Assembly (NCBI RefSeq): GCF_004010195.1
Contig: NC_057718.1
Span: 74,593,403 to 74,655,402 of the forward strand
Length of the DNA: 62,000 bases
Direction of reading: 5' to 3'
Source of the DNA: Chiloscyllium plagiosum
Taxonomy: Eukaryota
The position numbers and the translations under genes are program-made. The notes below the pieces were generated by a model that saw only the letters and a list, made by a program, of their open reading frames with translations, searched no databases and was not told where the DNA came from. This document shows, piece by piece, positions 1-11,000 of this stretch. Numbering within the stretch: position 1 is the stretch's first letter; each line of letters starts with the position of its first letter.

Positions 1-214
1 CCCCAGTCTGACCTATCACCCTCACCTTGACCTCTTTCCACCTATCGCATTTCCGACGCCCCTCCCCCAAGTCCCTCCTCCCTACCTTTTATCTTAGCCT
101 GCTGGACAAACTTTCCTCATTCCTGAAGAAGGGCTTATGCCCGAAATGTCGATTCTCCTGTTCCCTGGATGCTGCCTGACCTGCTGCGCTTTTCCAGCAA
201 CACATTTTCAGCTC
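1..214 (+). mobile_element. PLE 3' terminal fragment (family A) with hammerhead-like core at 123-150
   Basis: ctgaagaagggcttatgcccgaaatgtc followed by gatgctgcctgacctgctgcgcttttccagc. The same terminus follows PLE RT/GIY-YIG sequence elsewhere in the window. Confidence 0.8.
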
Positions 215-570
215 AATATCAAGTTCAACAATTTTAGGGCCTGAACTCTCCCATGTCCTAGTCTTTACTCTACACACCAGGCCTTATTATCACATAGTCT
301 GACATTACACACCACCTATTGAAAGTCACTAACAGTCCCCATTAACAGTTATTCAGTCTCGTAGCCAGATTGTTATCCATCCCTTTGTCTGTCCCCTCCC
401 TCAACCCTATCTTCTGCATTTTCCTGGGGTACCATCAGTTCTGAGAAAGGGTGACCAGATCCGAAACATTAACTCTGATTTCTTCTCACAGATGCTGCCA
501 GAACTGTTGAGCTTTTACAGCACCTTTTGTTTTCGTTTCTGATTTACAGCATCCAGTTTTTTTTTGGCTT
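215..570 (+). mobile_element. Older PLE-type 3' terminal fragment (family B) with decayed hammerhead
   Basis: agtt-ctgagaaagggtgaccagatccgaaacatt-aact then ctcacagatgctgccagaactg. Homologous to 6655-6865 and 7950-8215. Confidence 0.6.
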
Positions 571-942
571 TTATTGTTTATTTCTGCAATGCTGGAGAGT
601 TTATTTCTCTATTGTTCTAGATCTTGTAACTAAGGAAGGTATGCCTACGTTCTTTTGTGTCTAAGTCAGCGTTGTAATTGGTGACGTATGAACTTTACAC
701 TATATTCATTGAGTATATGCGAAAATAAAGGCTATTCTATACTGCTCTCTACTGAGAGGGCAGCCCTATGGTTTGCTACGATTATGGTAATTTCACCTAT
801 CCATGCCCTTAATAGTCTTAGACTTTTTTATTAGATCCTCTCTCAATTTTCACAGCTCTAAGAAAAATAATCCCAACCTATACTGTCTTTCTTCATTGCT
901 CACACCCTTCTATCCAGGCAGCATCCTGCTAAATCTCCGCTG

Positions 943-1200
943 TAGACAATCAAAAGGCTGGAAGAACACAGCAAGCCAGGCAGCATCAGAAGGTGGAGAA
1001 GTCGATGTTTCAGGGTATAACACTTGTTCAGGAATTAAGGTGAGGGTAGGGGGAGCTGCAAACTGAGGGGGGGGGGAAGGATTATGGAGGGAGTGAGTTA
1101 GGGCGGAGTGGTGAGGTAGTGTGAGGTGAGGACAGGTGGTGGGTAAGACCTAGTTGGTCAATAGGAGGAATGAATCCGGTTGGTAGCTAGGGTGAAGGGT
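943..1200 (-). mobile_element. PLE 3' terminal fragment (older Neptune subfamily)
   Basis: Reverse complement of the terminus seen at 44100-44282. Confidence 0.7.
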
Positions 1201-4200
1201 CAGTTTGTCCAAATGCCTTTTAAATGTTACTAAGGTACTGGACTCAATCACTTCCACTGGCACCTTATTCCATATGTGTACCACCTTCTGTGCAGAAACG
1301 TTGCCCCTCAGGTTCCCTATTATTCTTTGCCCACTAGCCTTAAACTGATGCCCTGTAGTCCCAGCCCTGGGAAAAAGACTGAGTGCATTCACCCTATCCA
1401 TGCCTCTCATGATCTTATAAACTTCCATAACATCTCCCCCTCAGTGTCCTATGGGTCTAATGAAACAACTTCTTGCACACCACTAGTCAAAGGCCTCTAG
1501 TCCGACAAGCATCCTTCCACTATTACCCTCTGCTTCCTACCATCAAGCCAATTGTGCATCCAATTTGCCAGCTCCCCTTGGATTCCACACAATCTAATGT
1601 TCCAGAGTAGCCTACCATGTGAAACCTTATAAAAGGCCTTAGTGAAATCCATACGTCTACTGCTCTGTCCTCATCAACCTTTCTGGTCAGTTTATCAAAA
1701 GAACTCTAACAAATTTGTGTGGCATGATCTCCCACACGCAAAAGCTATGCCAACTACTTCTAATCAAACCATGTCTTTCCAAATGCATGTATATCGTATC
1801 CCTCAGAATCTTCTCAAGTAACTTACCTACCACAAGCTTACTGGTCTATAGTTCCTAGGTTTTCTTTGCAGCCCTTCTTGAATAAGAGCACAACACTCGC
1901 TACGCTCTAGTCTTCTAGGACCTCACCTGTGGCTAACGATGATGCAAAAATACCAGCCAGGGCCCCTACAATCTCTTCTCCAGCCTCTTGCAGTGTTCTT
2001 GAATAAATCTTGTTAGGACCAGGAAATTTATCTATCTTCGTTCATCCTATATGTCCAACATCTCTTCTACTGTGATATGGACTGTCTCCAAGATATCACC
2101 ACTAACTTCCCCAAGTTCCCAAGTCTTCATGTCTTTCTCCACAGTAAACACAAAGAAGAAATATTCTTTGAGGACCTCACCCATCTTCTGCAGTTCCACA
2201 ACCACATGTTCACTTTGATCTTTGAGAGGTCCTATTCTATCTCTAGTTATTCTTTTTCCTTTAATGTACAGGAACTACCTCTTTGGATTCACCCTGATCT
2301 TCTCAGCCAAGACTATCTGATGCCCCTTTTCACCTTCCTCATTTCCTTCCTCAGTAAAGTCCTGTAACTAAATACTTCCAGGGATTCCCTTTATCCCAGC
2401 TGCCTGTACCTGAGTCATGCCTCCTTTTTCTGGTCAAACATCAATATCTCTTGTCATTCCAGGGTTTCCGATTTCTTGCCCCTCACTCTCACTGGAACAT
2501 ATACACCTGGCTATCACACTTTTACAGGCCTCCCACTTGTCAGAGACCCCTTTGCCTGCAAACAAACTACTCTAATCAACCCCTGCAAGCTCCTGTTTAA
2601 TTTCATCAAAATTCGTCTTGCCCCAATTTAGAACTTGAACCTGAGGACCAGTTTTTCACTCTCCATAATTATTTTAAAATTAATACAACTATGGTCATTG
2701 GTCTCAAATTGCTCCCCCACTGTCATCTCAGTCACTAATCCTGCCCTATTTCCCAAGAGTAGGTTGAGTTTTGCCCCTTCCCAAGTAGGACCTTCTACAT
2801 ACTGCTGGTGGAAACTTTCCTGAACACAATTAACAAATTTTACTCCATTTAAACCTTTAATGCTATGGAAGTCCCAGTTTATGTTAGGAAGATTAAAATC
2901 CCTTAGTATGACAATCCTATTGATCCTGCAAGTCTCCCCAATCTTTCTGCATATTTGTTCCTCAAATTCCTATTGACTATTTGGGGCCTATAGTACAACC
3001 CCAATAATGTCACCATTCCCTTCTTATTTCTTAGCTGGGAGAAAGTTGGGACTGCAGATGCTGGAGATCTGAGTTGAGAACGTGGTGCTGGAAAAACACA
3101 GCAGGTCAGGCAGCATCCGAGGAGAAGAATCAATGTTTCGGGCATAAGCCCTTCATTAGGAATGAGGCTTGTGGGACAAGGGGGGCTGAGAGATAAATGG
3201 GAGGGAGGGATGGGGTTGGGGGAATGTAGCTGGGAACATGATAATTAGATGGTGGGGGGAAAGGTGATAGGTCAGAGAGGACGGTGGAGCAGATAGGTGG
3301 GAAGGAAGGAAGATGGACAGGTTGGACTGGTCAAGGGGTCGGTGCCGAGATGGAGGCTTGGGACTGGGATAAGGCGGGTGGAGGAGAAATGAGGAAACTG
3401 GTGAAATCTACATTGATCCCATGTGGTTGCAGGGTCCCAAGGCGGAAGATGAGGCGTTCTTCCTCTAGGCACGGGTGGTAAGCGTTTGACGATGGAGAAG
3501 GCCCATAACCTGCATGTCCTTGGTGGAGTGGGAGGGGGAGTTAAAATGTTCATTCATGGGCGGTGGGATTGGTTGGTTGATGGGGGTGTCCCAGAGATGT
3601 TCTCTGAAACAATCCCCAAGTTGGCATCCTGTCACCCTGATATACAGGAGATCACATTGGGTGCAACGGATACAGTAGATAACGTGAGGATTTCTGTCGA
3701 ACGTGGAAAGATCTTTTGGGGCCTTGTACGGAGATGAGGGGGCACCTTCAGCTACCTATCACATTCTCAGCCACCTTCCCTCCAGCCCCACCCCCCTACC
3801 CTTTATCTCTCAACCCCACAAGCCTCATTCCTGATGAAAGGCTTATACCTGAAACGTCAATTCTCCTGCTCCTTAGATGCTGCCTGACATGCTGTGCTTT
3901 TCTAGCACCACACACTCGACTTATTTCTTAGCTGTACCCACAAAGTGTCACTGGATGATCCTTCAGTAATTTCATCTCTGATTACTGCTGTGAGACTCTC
4001 AATCAAAATGCAACTCCCCCTCCCTTCTTTCCACCACCTCTGCCTTGCTAAAGTAACTGTACCCTGGCACATTAAGCTGCCACTCCTGTCCCTCCCTTAG
4101 TCATGTTTCTATAATGGCTATAATATCCCAGTACTACGTACCTATCCATGCCCTCAGTTCATTGGCCTTACCTGTCAGCATTGAAACAGATGCAATTTAA

Positions 4201-4480
4201 TCCAACAAGCCTTCCTTTCTCCCTGCCATGTTCCAGCCTGACCTGTCTCTTCAACTTACTATTTCTGATAACGGTATCTCCCTCCATCCTCGCACTTGCC
4301 ACCCTGCCGCTGTGGATCCCATCCCCTGCCAATCTAGTTTAAAACCTCCCTTGTTGCACTAGCAAACCTGGCGGCTAGGATTTTGGTCCCCCTCCAGTTC
4401 AGGTGCCACCCATCCCTCCTGAACAGGTCACCTCTGCCCCAGAGAAGATCCCAATGTTCTAAAAATGTGAATCCCTGCCC
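1201..4480 (-). mobile_element. Decayed, internally deleted CR1/HER1-type LINE, interrupted by a PLE at 3038-3919
   Basis: ORF pieces EVYKIMRGMDRV (CR1 ORF2 C-terminus) and LGLYYRP (APE region). ORF1 esterase motif GRGDLFRRDGWHLNW near 4375-4440. Confidence 0.85.
3038..3919. mobile_element. Fold-back PLE insertion (minus arm to about 3740, plus arm to 3919) with 15-bp TSD
   Basis: cttatttcttagctg at 3023-3037 and 3920-3934. Both ends are PLE terminal repeats in opposite orientation. Confidence 0.85.
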
Positions 4481-4928
4481 CCCTGTACCAATAAGGGCAC
4501 CTCCTTAAAAAATTAAATCGAATTTATCAAGCAGGATTACCCTTAACAAATCCACGCTGACTATCCCTATTGACTTCTGTTGCTCCAAGTGCAAATTTCT
4601 TTTGTCCCTTAGCATTCTTTCTAATAACTTGCCACCACCCAAGTTAGACTGACTGGCTTGCAAGCTCTTGGGTGTAACTTTCCTCCAGTCCTCCAGTTTT
4701 CCAGTACCTCATCTGTGGCATGGAGGTTTTGAAAATTACTGCCATACCCCGGTATCTCCTCCAATGCCTTCCTCAACTGCCTGGGATACATCTCAAATTC
4801 TCTGGGTGGAATTGAATTCACCTAATAAAATCTGGAATATAAGGAGTGGCAATTATGACAATCTTCACTGTTTGTTGTAAAAGCCCAACTGGTTCACTAA
4901 TATCCCCTAGGAAGATAACATCTTGTCT

Positions 4929-5168
4929 AGGGTGACTGTCTGTGTAGAATTTGCACATTCTCCCTGTGTCTGTGTGGGTTTCCTCCGGGTGCTTCCGTTT
5001 CCTCCCACATTCCAAAGATGTGCAGATCAGATGAATTGGCCATGCTAAATTGCCCCATAGTGTTAGGTGCATTAGTCAAAGGGAAATGGGTCTGGGCGGG
5101 TTACTCTTCAGAGGGTCGGTGTGGATTGGTTGGGCCGAAGGGCCTGTTTCCACACTGTAGGGAATCTA
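4929..5168 (+). mobile_element. HE1-type V-SINE, 5' truncated
   Basis: V-domain tttgcacattctccctgtgtctgtgtgggtttcctccggg and CR1-like tail gggccgaagggcctgtttccacactgt. Flanked by atcttgtct repeats (4920-4928, 5169-5177). Confidence 0.85.
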
Positions 5169-5267
5169 ATCTTGTCTTACCTGGTCTGGCCCTCCTATGA
5201 CTCCGGAACCACAGCAAATGTGGTTGATTCTTAATTGCTGTCTGAAAGGGCCTAACAAGCTATTCAG

Positions 5268-5517
5268 AGTCAAGGTTAGAGTGGTGCTGGAAAAGCACAG
5301 CAGGGCAGGCAGCATCCGAGGAGCGTTGTATTCAGGAAAGTCGATGTTTCGGGCAAAAGCCCTTCATCAGGATTAGCTGGTGAAGGGCTTTTGCCTGAAA
5401 TGTCGATTTGCCTGAATTCAGTGCTCCTCGGATGCTGCCAGGCCTACTGTTGCTTTTCCAGCACTACTCTAATCTCGACTCTGATCTCCAGCATCTGCAG
5501 TACCCACTTTCGCCGAG
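5268..5517. mobile_element. Miniature palindromic PLE-terminus insertion with 12-bp TSD
   Basis: caagctattcag at 5256-5267 and 5518-5529. The arms are reverse complements, each with a hammerhead-like core. Confidence 0.85.
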
Positions 5518-5547
5518 CAAGCTATTCAGTTCAAGGGCAATTGGAGA

Positions 5548-5925
5548 TAAACAATGGCAATGGTCTAGTGATATTATCCTGGACTGTTAATTCAGAGATC
5601 CAGATAACATTCTGGGGACCTGGGTTCGAATCCTGCTACGGCAGATAGTGCAATTTGACTTCAATAAAATTATCTGGAATTAAGAATCTAGAGTTGTTGA
5701 TTGTTGGAAAAACCCATCTGGTTCACTTTTGTCCCTTAGAGAAAGAAACTGCCATCCTTACCTGGTCTGGCCTACACGTGACTCCAGACCTATAGTAATG
5801 TCGTTGACTCTTAATTGTCCTTTTGGCAATTAGGAAAGGGCAATAAATGCTGCCTAGTCAGCAATGCCCTCATCCCATGAGTAAAAAAGATGGCCTTGCC
5901 AGCGATGCCCACATCCCATGAAAAA
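5548..5925 (+). mobile_element. tRNA-derived SINE of a second family; an interrupted copy lies at about 4800-5545
   Basis: B-box-like gggttcgaatcc. Core aaaacccatctggttcac...cttacctggtctggcctacacgtgactccagacc is shared with 4880-4920 and 5175-5260. Tail gggcaataaatgctg...catcccatga is duplicated. Confidence 0.7.
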
Positions 5926-5989
5926 ATAAAGGAAAAAAATGATGATGAGATTAATATTTGACCTTGAGTGGACACAGAAAGGCCGGGGA

Positions 5990-6995
5990 CACTTGATCAC
6001 ATGGCAGTTCATATTTAACACAGAGAAGTACGAAGTGTTCATTTAGGTATGAAAAGCAAGGAGAGTCAATATGAACTACAGAGTAGAGCTCTAAAATAAC
6101 GCAAGCATAGAAAGATCTATGGGGTGTGGATACAAATCATCGAAGGTAGCAGAGGCAGATGGAGAAAGTGGTTAAAAATATAGGAGTATAGGTGAAAGTA
6201 TAGAGAAAGTATAGGAGAAATTGACTGCAAAAGCTAAAAATAATGAACCTTTTATAAAACACTGGTTCAGCCTCAAGTGATTTTTAAGAATGGTTCTTGG
6301 GTTCGGTTGCATGCATTGATTGAAAAAGCTGCAGTTGTCCTTAGAGAAGGAAAGGATGAGAAAGAGTGATGCAATTGTGAAAAACCTCAAGGGATCTGAA
6401 CAGGGTCTCTTGAGAGAAATGGTTCCTATTCATGAGTTGATAACAAGAGCATATGGGAGTAAAGTGAATGGCAAAAATCAAAGATAACAAGAGGAGAACC
6501 TTTTATGAGGCAAGTGGTTAGGATCTGAAATGCAATGCCTGAGATGGTGGTGCAGACAGATTTAGTGGGCGGCATGGTGGCACAGTGGTTAGCACTGCTG
6601 CCTCAATCATGGCTTTCAAAACGTAATGGACAAAGTGAAGGGATCAATTTTCAGAAACAAAACCAAATTACTGTAAGAGTTCAGCAGGTCTGGCAGCATC
6701 TGTGGAGAGAAATTGACAAAACTGAGTTCTAAGGAAAGGTCACTCAACCTGAAATGTTAACTCTGATCTCTCTTCACAGATGTTGCCAGACCTAATGAGC
6801 TTTTACAGCAATTTCTGATTTGTTTCTGATTTACAGCAACTGCAGTTCTTTTGGTTTTTATTTGAATCAATTTTCAGGGTTGCAAAGAATAGCTGGTGGA
6901 ATACAGAAAGCTAAAGTGCTCTTGCAGAGAGTGAGCATGAACCTAATAGGTTAAATAGTCTCCTTTTGGACTACAGCTGTTCTAAGATTCTATGG
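5990..6995 (+). mobile_element. Old CR1-type LINE 3' fragment hosting a SINE head and a PLE palindrome
   Basis: Degenerate similarity to CR1 ORF2 3' end (tataaaacactggttcagcctca, gtggttaggatctgaaatgcaatgcctgag). Confidence 0.55.
6655..6865. mobile_element. Miniature fold-back PLE-terminus insertion (family B) with 12-bp TSD
   Basis: atcaattttcag at 6643-6654 and 6866-6877. Inverted arms; decayed hammerhead gagtt-ctaagga...gaaatgtt-aactc. Confidence 0.75.
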
Positions 6996-7475
6996 TTCTT
7001 CCAGCATAAGATTGGTCCCTGTTTTTAGGATTCATTGTGCAAACTTAGCATTAACACAAAGTGGTAACTGCTGTCCGCCTTAAATTGCAATGTTGAACAT
7101 AGTGATTGTCCCCTTACTAAACAAATAATCATTTTCTCACTGATAACACTAATTAAAATACCACTCAGTAAAAATGGCCATGGATGTTCTAGTATAAATA
7201 TTTGCCTGGTGTTCCTGGTTTTCTAAGCATGTATTCATTATTTAGTAGGTCCAAGTAAAAGATTTACTTTCTGTCCACAGTTGTTCAAATTACTTTGAAA
7301 TACTGTGAAAAAAATCATTTCCTGTAACTATTAAATTCATTCGGACTTTTTAAAAATGATTAATATCAGCAGGTAACATCACTCAAAAACATTACCAGCT
7401 CAACTTTCTAGAATAGTTGCAATTTCAGATTTAGAAATGCTCACTATTCATTTGTGGTACAATTATACAAAATTC

Positions 7476-7481
7476 TTTATT
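7476..7481 (-). promoter_or_regulatory. Candidate polyadenylation signal (AATAAA) for MEI4
   Basis: Plus-strand tttatt, about 185 nt downstream of the stop codon, in AT-rich unique sequence. Confidence 0.45.
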
Positions 7482-7665
7482 GTTCTTTTGAACACAAGGA
7501 CACTACTCCTGATTTTGTTTTGTACATCAATGCATTGAGTATGTTTAAACAATGTTATAAACACAAAGATAATAAATATTTGAAAATAAGAGAATGCAGA
7601 GGAACTTACAAGCCATATTAATTGTTTGAAAGAGATGAAGCTCTTTAAAAATAGGCAACTGTGTT

Positions 7666-7911
7666 TTAGCTGTTCTTCTGCTGTGCAGTGACATTGAGCA
7701 GAGCTCCCAGTCTCCATAGGTACATTGTAAACAATGGGAAATCATCTGACAAATGAAGGACTATCTTGTCTAAATTCTGCTGAAGTTTCTCCAACTCTAG
7801 GCAATTCATAGCGGGAACTCCACAACCTGCTGAATTCTTGTGCTGTAAAAGTTGTTCCAGTATCCAAAATAGGTAGTAGACATTTTCATAAGAGGATTCA
7901 TCAAAATCTGT
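7666..7911 (-). CDS. MEI4: Terminal coding exon of MEI4 (meiosis-specific DSB accessory factor); upstream exons not found in window
   Basis: Manual minus-strand translation gives TDFDESSYENVYYLFWILEQLLQHKNSAGCGVPAMNCLELEKLQQNLDKIVLHLSDDFPLFTMYLWRLGALLNVTAQQKNS* (81 aa + TAA at 7666-7668). It follows a pyrimidine tract and CAG (ttttctatttttctgcttataaccag). It matches the human MEI4 C-terminus as I recall it (YENIFYLFWVLEQLLQK...FQLSDAFPLFTFYLWRVGILL). Confidence 0.88.
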   Translation of the reverse strand, partial: TDFDESSYENVYYLFWILEQLLQHKNSAGCGVPAMNCLELEKLQQNLDKIVLHLSDDFPLFTMYLWRLGALLNVTAQQKNS

Positions 7912-7940
7912 CTGGTTATAAGCAGAAAAATAGAAAACTA
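7912..7940 (-). promoter_or_regulatory. 3' splice acceptor and polypyrimidine tract of the MEI4 last intron
   Basis: Minus strand reads tagttttctatttttctgcttataaccAG|ACA. There is an in-frame stop just upstream, so the frame must be entered by splicing. Confidence 0.7.
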
Positions 7941-7949
7941 GTTACTGAA

Positions 7950-8215
7950 AATATAAAGACAGGGAGTACTGGAGAAACAGCAGATCTGGTAGCACTGGCT
8001 CCATCTCCATGTACTCTATTCACTTACCACTCCCCCTACTGTCGTCAGCATAAAGACACTTTCCCAGCTACTGTAACTTCTGATGAAGGATTACTAGACT
8101 CGAAACATTAACTCTGTTTTTCTCTCAACAGATGCCGCCAGACCTGATGTGTTTCTCCAGCATTTCCTCTTTTTGGTGCAGGTTTCCAGCATCCACAGTT
8201 CTTTGTGTTAATTAT
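7950..8215 (+). mobile_element. Old fold-back PLE terminal fragment (family B-like) next to the MEI4 acceptor
   Basis: Short inverted arm ctggagaaacagcagatctggtagca versus tgccgccagacctgatgtgtttctccag. Core ctgatgaaggattactagactcgaaacatt. Confidence 0.65.
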
Positions 8216-9079
8216 TATAACTGACTGATGTACATGCCCAGTCTTATGAACTGGTTCCATACCCAGCAGCCTCAATTTTAACACCATTTGCCCACAAGAA
8301 ATTATTTTGGGAATGGAGTACAGGGAAGACTACAGGCAGGGAAATGGGACAATGTGGCGGCTATGGTGAGAAAAACAGAACTAATGTTTCGAGTGAGTGG
8401 TCCTCCTGACAATTTTATTACTTATGATACATGTATTTCCTGTACAAAATTCCTGTGTGCTGCGAAATCTGGCACCTGTGGAAATTTTAATATAAGCACA
8501 AGATATTCCATCACTTGTCACATTTGATTCTGCCCCAAAAAAGGCCAAGATACTCTTGGAATGTTTCATTAGCCAGTCAAAACAGTTTGCAAGTCACTGA
8601 TTAGCAGTTCACCGGTCAACAAACAGCACTTCAAGAGTCATTTTTAGTCGTCAATAATGTTTAGTACTGCTGTTTACTCTGACAAGCTGGGGCCCATTGG
8701 AGTAGGAGCTGTTGTAGTTCTTAACTGTTGGAATTATAGAATCATATTCATAGTTACCCTATTCCTGTAACCCTGCATTTCCCATAACTAATCCACAATC
8801 CTGGGATTCAGGAGAAATCCCAGTAGCCAGTTGGTGCAGATAAGGCCTGGGCTCAAGCAAGCCTATGCAAAGTTTTTGCTTTGTGAAACTCAGAAAAGAG
8901 GTTTGAAGAAACACAGAGCAAAGTTAACTAATTGAGCTGTTTACCTTATGATGCTCGGGTGGAGATTCTACATCATATGGAGCAGTCTTCAGAGCAGAGA
9001 TTGAGCATGGTGAATAGTGACTGAACTCTTCTAAGTTGGAGCCCTGTTTCTTGATAATTACAGAACAGTGAGAGGCCTG

Positions 9080-9415
9080 AAATAGCGGATATGGAGATGT
9101 TTTCACTAATAGGGGAGACCAAGGCCTGAGGGCACAGCCCCAGCGTGAAGGGACAACCCTTTAGAACTAAGATGAGGAGGAATTTCTTCAGGCAGAAATT
9201 GCTCAATCTGCAGAACTCATTGCCGCAGAGGGCTGTGGAGGCCAAGTCATTGAGTGTATTTAAGACAGAAATATATAAGTTCTTGATAAGTAATTGAATC
9301 AAAGGGTAGAAGGGAGGAGAATGGGGTTGAGAAACATATTAACCATGATTGAATGGCAGAGCAGATTCAATGGGCTGAATGACTTAATTCTAATCCGATA
9401 TGTTATCATCTATGA
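9080..9415 (+). mobile_element. CR1-type LINE 3' end
   Basis: gatgaggaggaatttcttc...gagggctgtggaggccaagtcattg...gaatggcagagcagattcaatgggctgaat, a typical CR1 3' end/UTR. Confidence 0.75.
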
Positions 9416-9719
9416 TTTAATTAGCTACAGGCCATAGCAGAATGGTCTCCATGGTAAACAGAAGTTATTGTTAGGGAAATTCTGACGTTAGGCCTTTGCA
9501 AGTAAAGAACTATAAACCTTGCGAAGGAGGCAAGATTTGAATCAGATTTGGTGAACCACAGTGCACTACCATCTGGGTGAGATAATAAAAAATCTATGGG
9601 ACCTTTCTTGATTGCATCTGCTATATAATGTGCTCTGTAGGTATTTCACTAGTTTGTATGTTCACTATATTTACTTCACAGTTGTTCTACTTGCTTGAAT
9701 ATAAGTCATGTTAGATTAA

Positions 9720-11000
9720 GTTCAATGAATTTTTAAAATGTGTAGATGAGGGCAATGAATTTGATGTAGTCTACTCAGACTTCAGCAATGGTTTTCTTAA
9801 GATCAAGTTAAAAATCACACAACACCAGATTATAACCTGATGTTGTGTGATTTTTAATTTTATCCACCCCAGTCTAACACCGGCTCTTCCACATCTTTGT
9901 TAGGATCCTACATGAGAGACTGATAGCAAAGGTAAAAGCTCATGGATCCAAGGAAATTTGGCTCATTGGATCCAGAATTAGTGAAGTGGCAGGAAGCAAA
10001 GGGTGATAGCTGAGAGTGTTTCTCAACAAGGTCTTGCTTGGTACAACGGATAGTAAGGTTAGATCATAGGGGATCCAGGGAGAGAGAGCACATTGGTAGA
10101 AGACAGAGGGTGGTGGTAGAGAGTTGTTATTAACATGGAGGCCTACAACTGGTGGTGTGTTGCAAGGATCAGTTCTGGGTCCACTGTTCTCATTTATATC
10201 AACAATTTGGATGAGAATATCGGAGGTATGGTTTAGTGAGTTTGTGATGACATCAAAATTGGCGATACAGTGGACAGTGAAGAAGGCTATTGAAGAGTAT
10301 TGAAGGCTACCTTGATCAGATGAACCAATAGGCTGGGAAGTGGCAGATGGACTTTTAGATAAATGCAAGGTGTTGTATTTTGGTGAGGCAAACCAGGGCA
10401 AGACTTATACAGTTAATGGTTCGGCCCTGAGGAGTATTATTGAACAGAAGCACCTAGGGGTGCAGGCTCACAGTTCCTTGAAAATGGCATTGCAGGTAGA
10501 TGGAATGGTGAAGAAAGCATTTAGTACACTTGCCTTAATTAGTCAGGGCACTGAGTCTAGGAGTTGGGACATCATGTGGGGCTAGACAAGGCATTTGTGC
10601 GACCACTTTTAGAACGCTGTGTACAATTCTGGTCATCCTGCTAATGGGAAGGATGTTGTTAAACTAGAAAGGGTGCAGAAAAAAATTTACAAGGATATTT
10701 CTTGGACTGGAGATTTTGAGTTATAGGGACAGACTAGATGGGTTGGGACTTTTTTCCCTGGTGCATTGAAGGCTGAGGGGTGACCTTAAATGTTTATTAA
10801 ATCACGGGGGGCATAGATAAGGTGAATAGACAAGTTCTTTTTCCAAGGTTAGAGGAGTTCAAAACTAGCGGGCCTAGGTTTAAAGTGAGAGAGGAAAGAT
10901 TTAAAGAAGCTGAGGGGCAACCTTTTCATACAGGGGATGGTGCATATATGGAACGAGCCGCACCAAAAGGTCCGTTTCCATACTGTATGACTCTGTGATT
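9720..11000 (+). mobile_element. CR1-type LINE RT/3' fragment
   Basis: ORF piece DKCKVLYFGEANQGKTYTVNG...LGVQAHSSLKMALQVD; caaggatcagttctgggtcca (QGSVLGP). Confidence 0.85.
9805..9895. mobile_element. Short fold-back of family-C terminal repeat
   Basis: ttaaaaatcacacaacacca...tgttgtgtgatttttaa inverted arms. Related to 18447-18693, 38451-38608 and 50285-50380. Confidence 0.65.

Noticed and set aside
7463..7745. ORFs 7463-7717 and 7545-7745
   Set aside because: They are the wrong frames over the MEI4 exon and 3' UTR; the conserved peptide is in the third frame.
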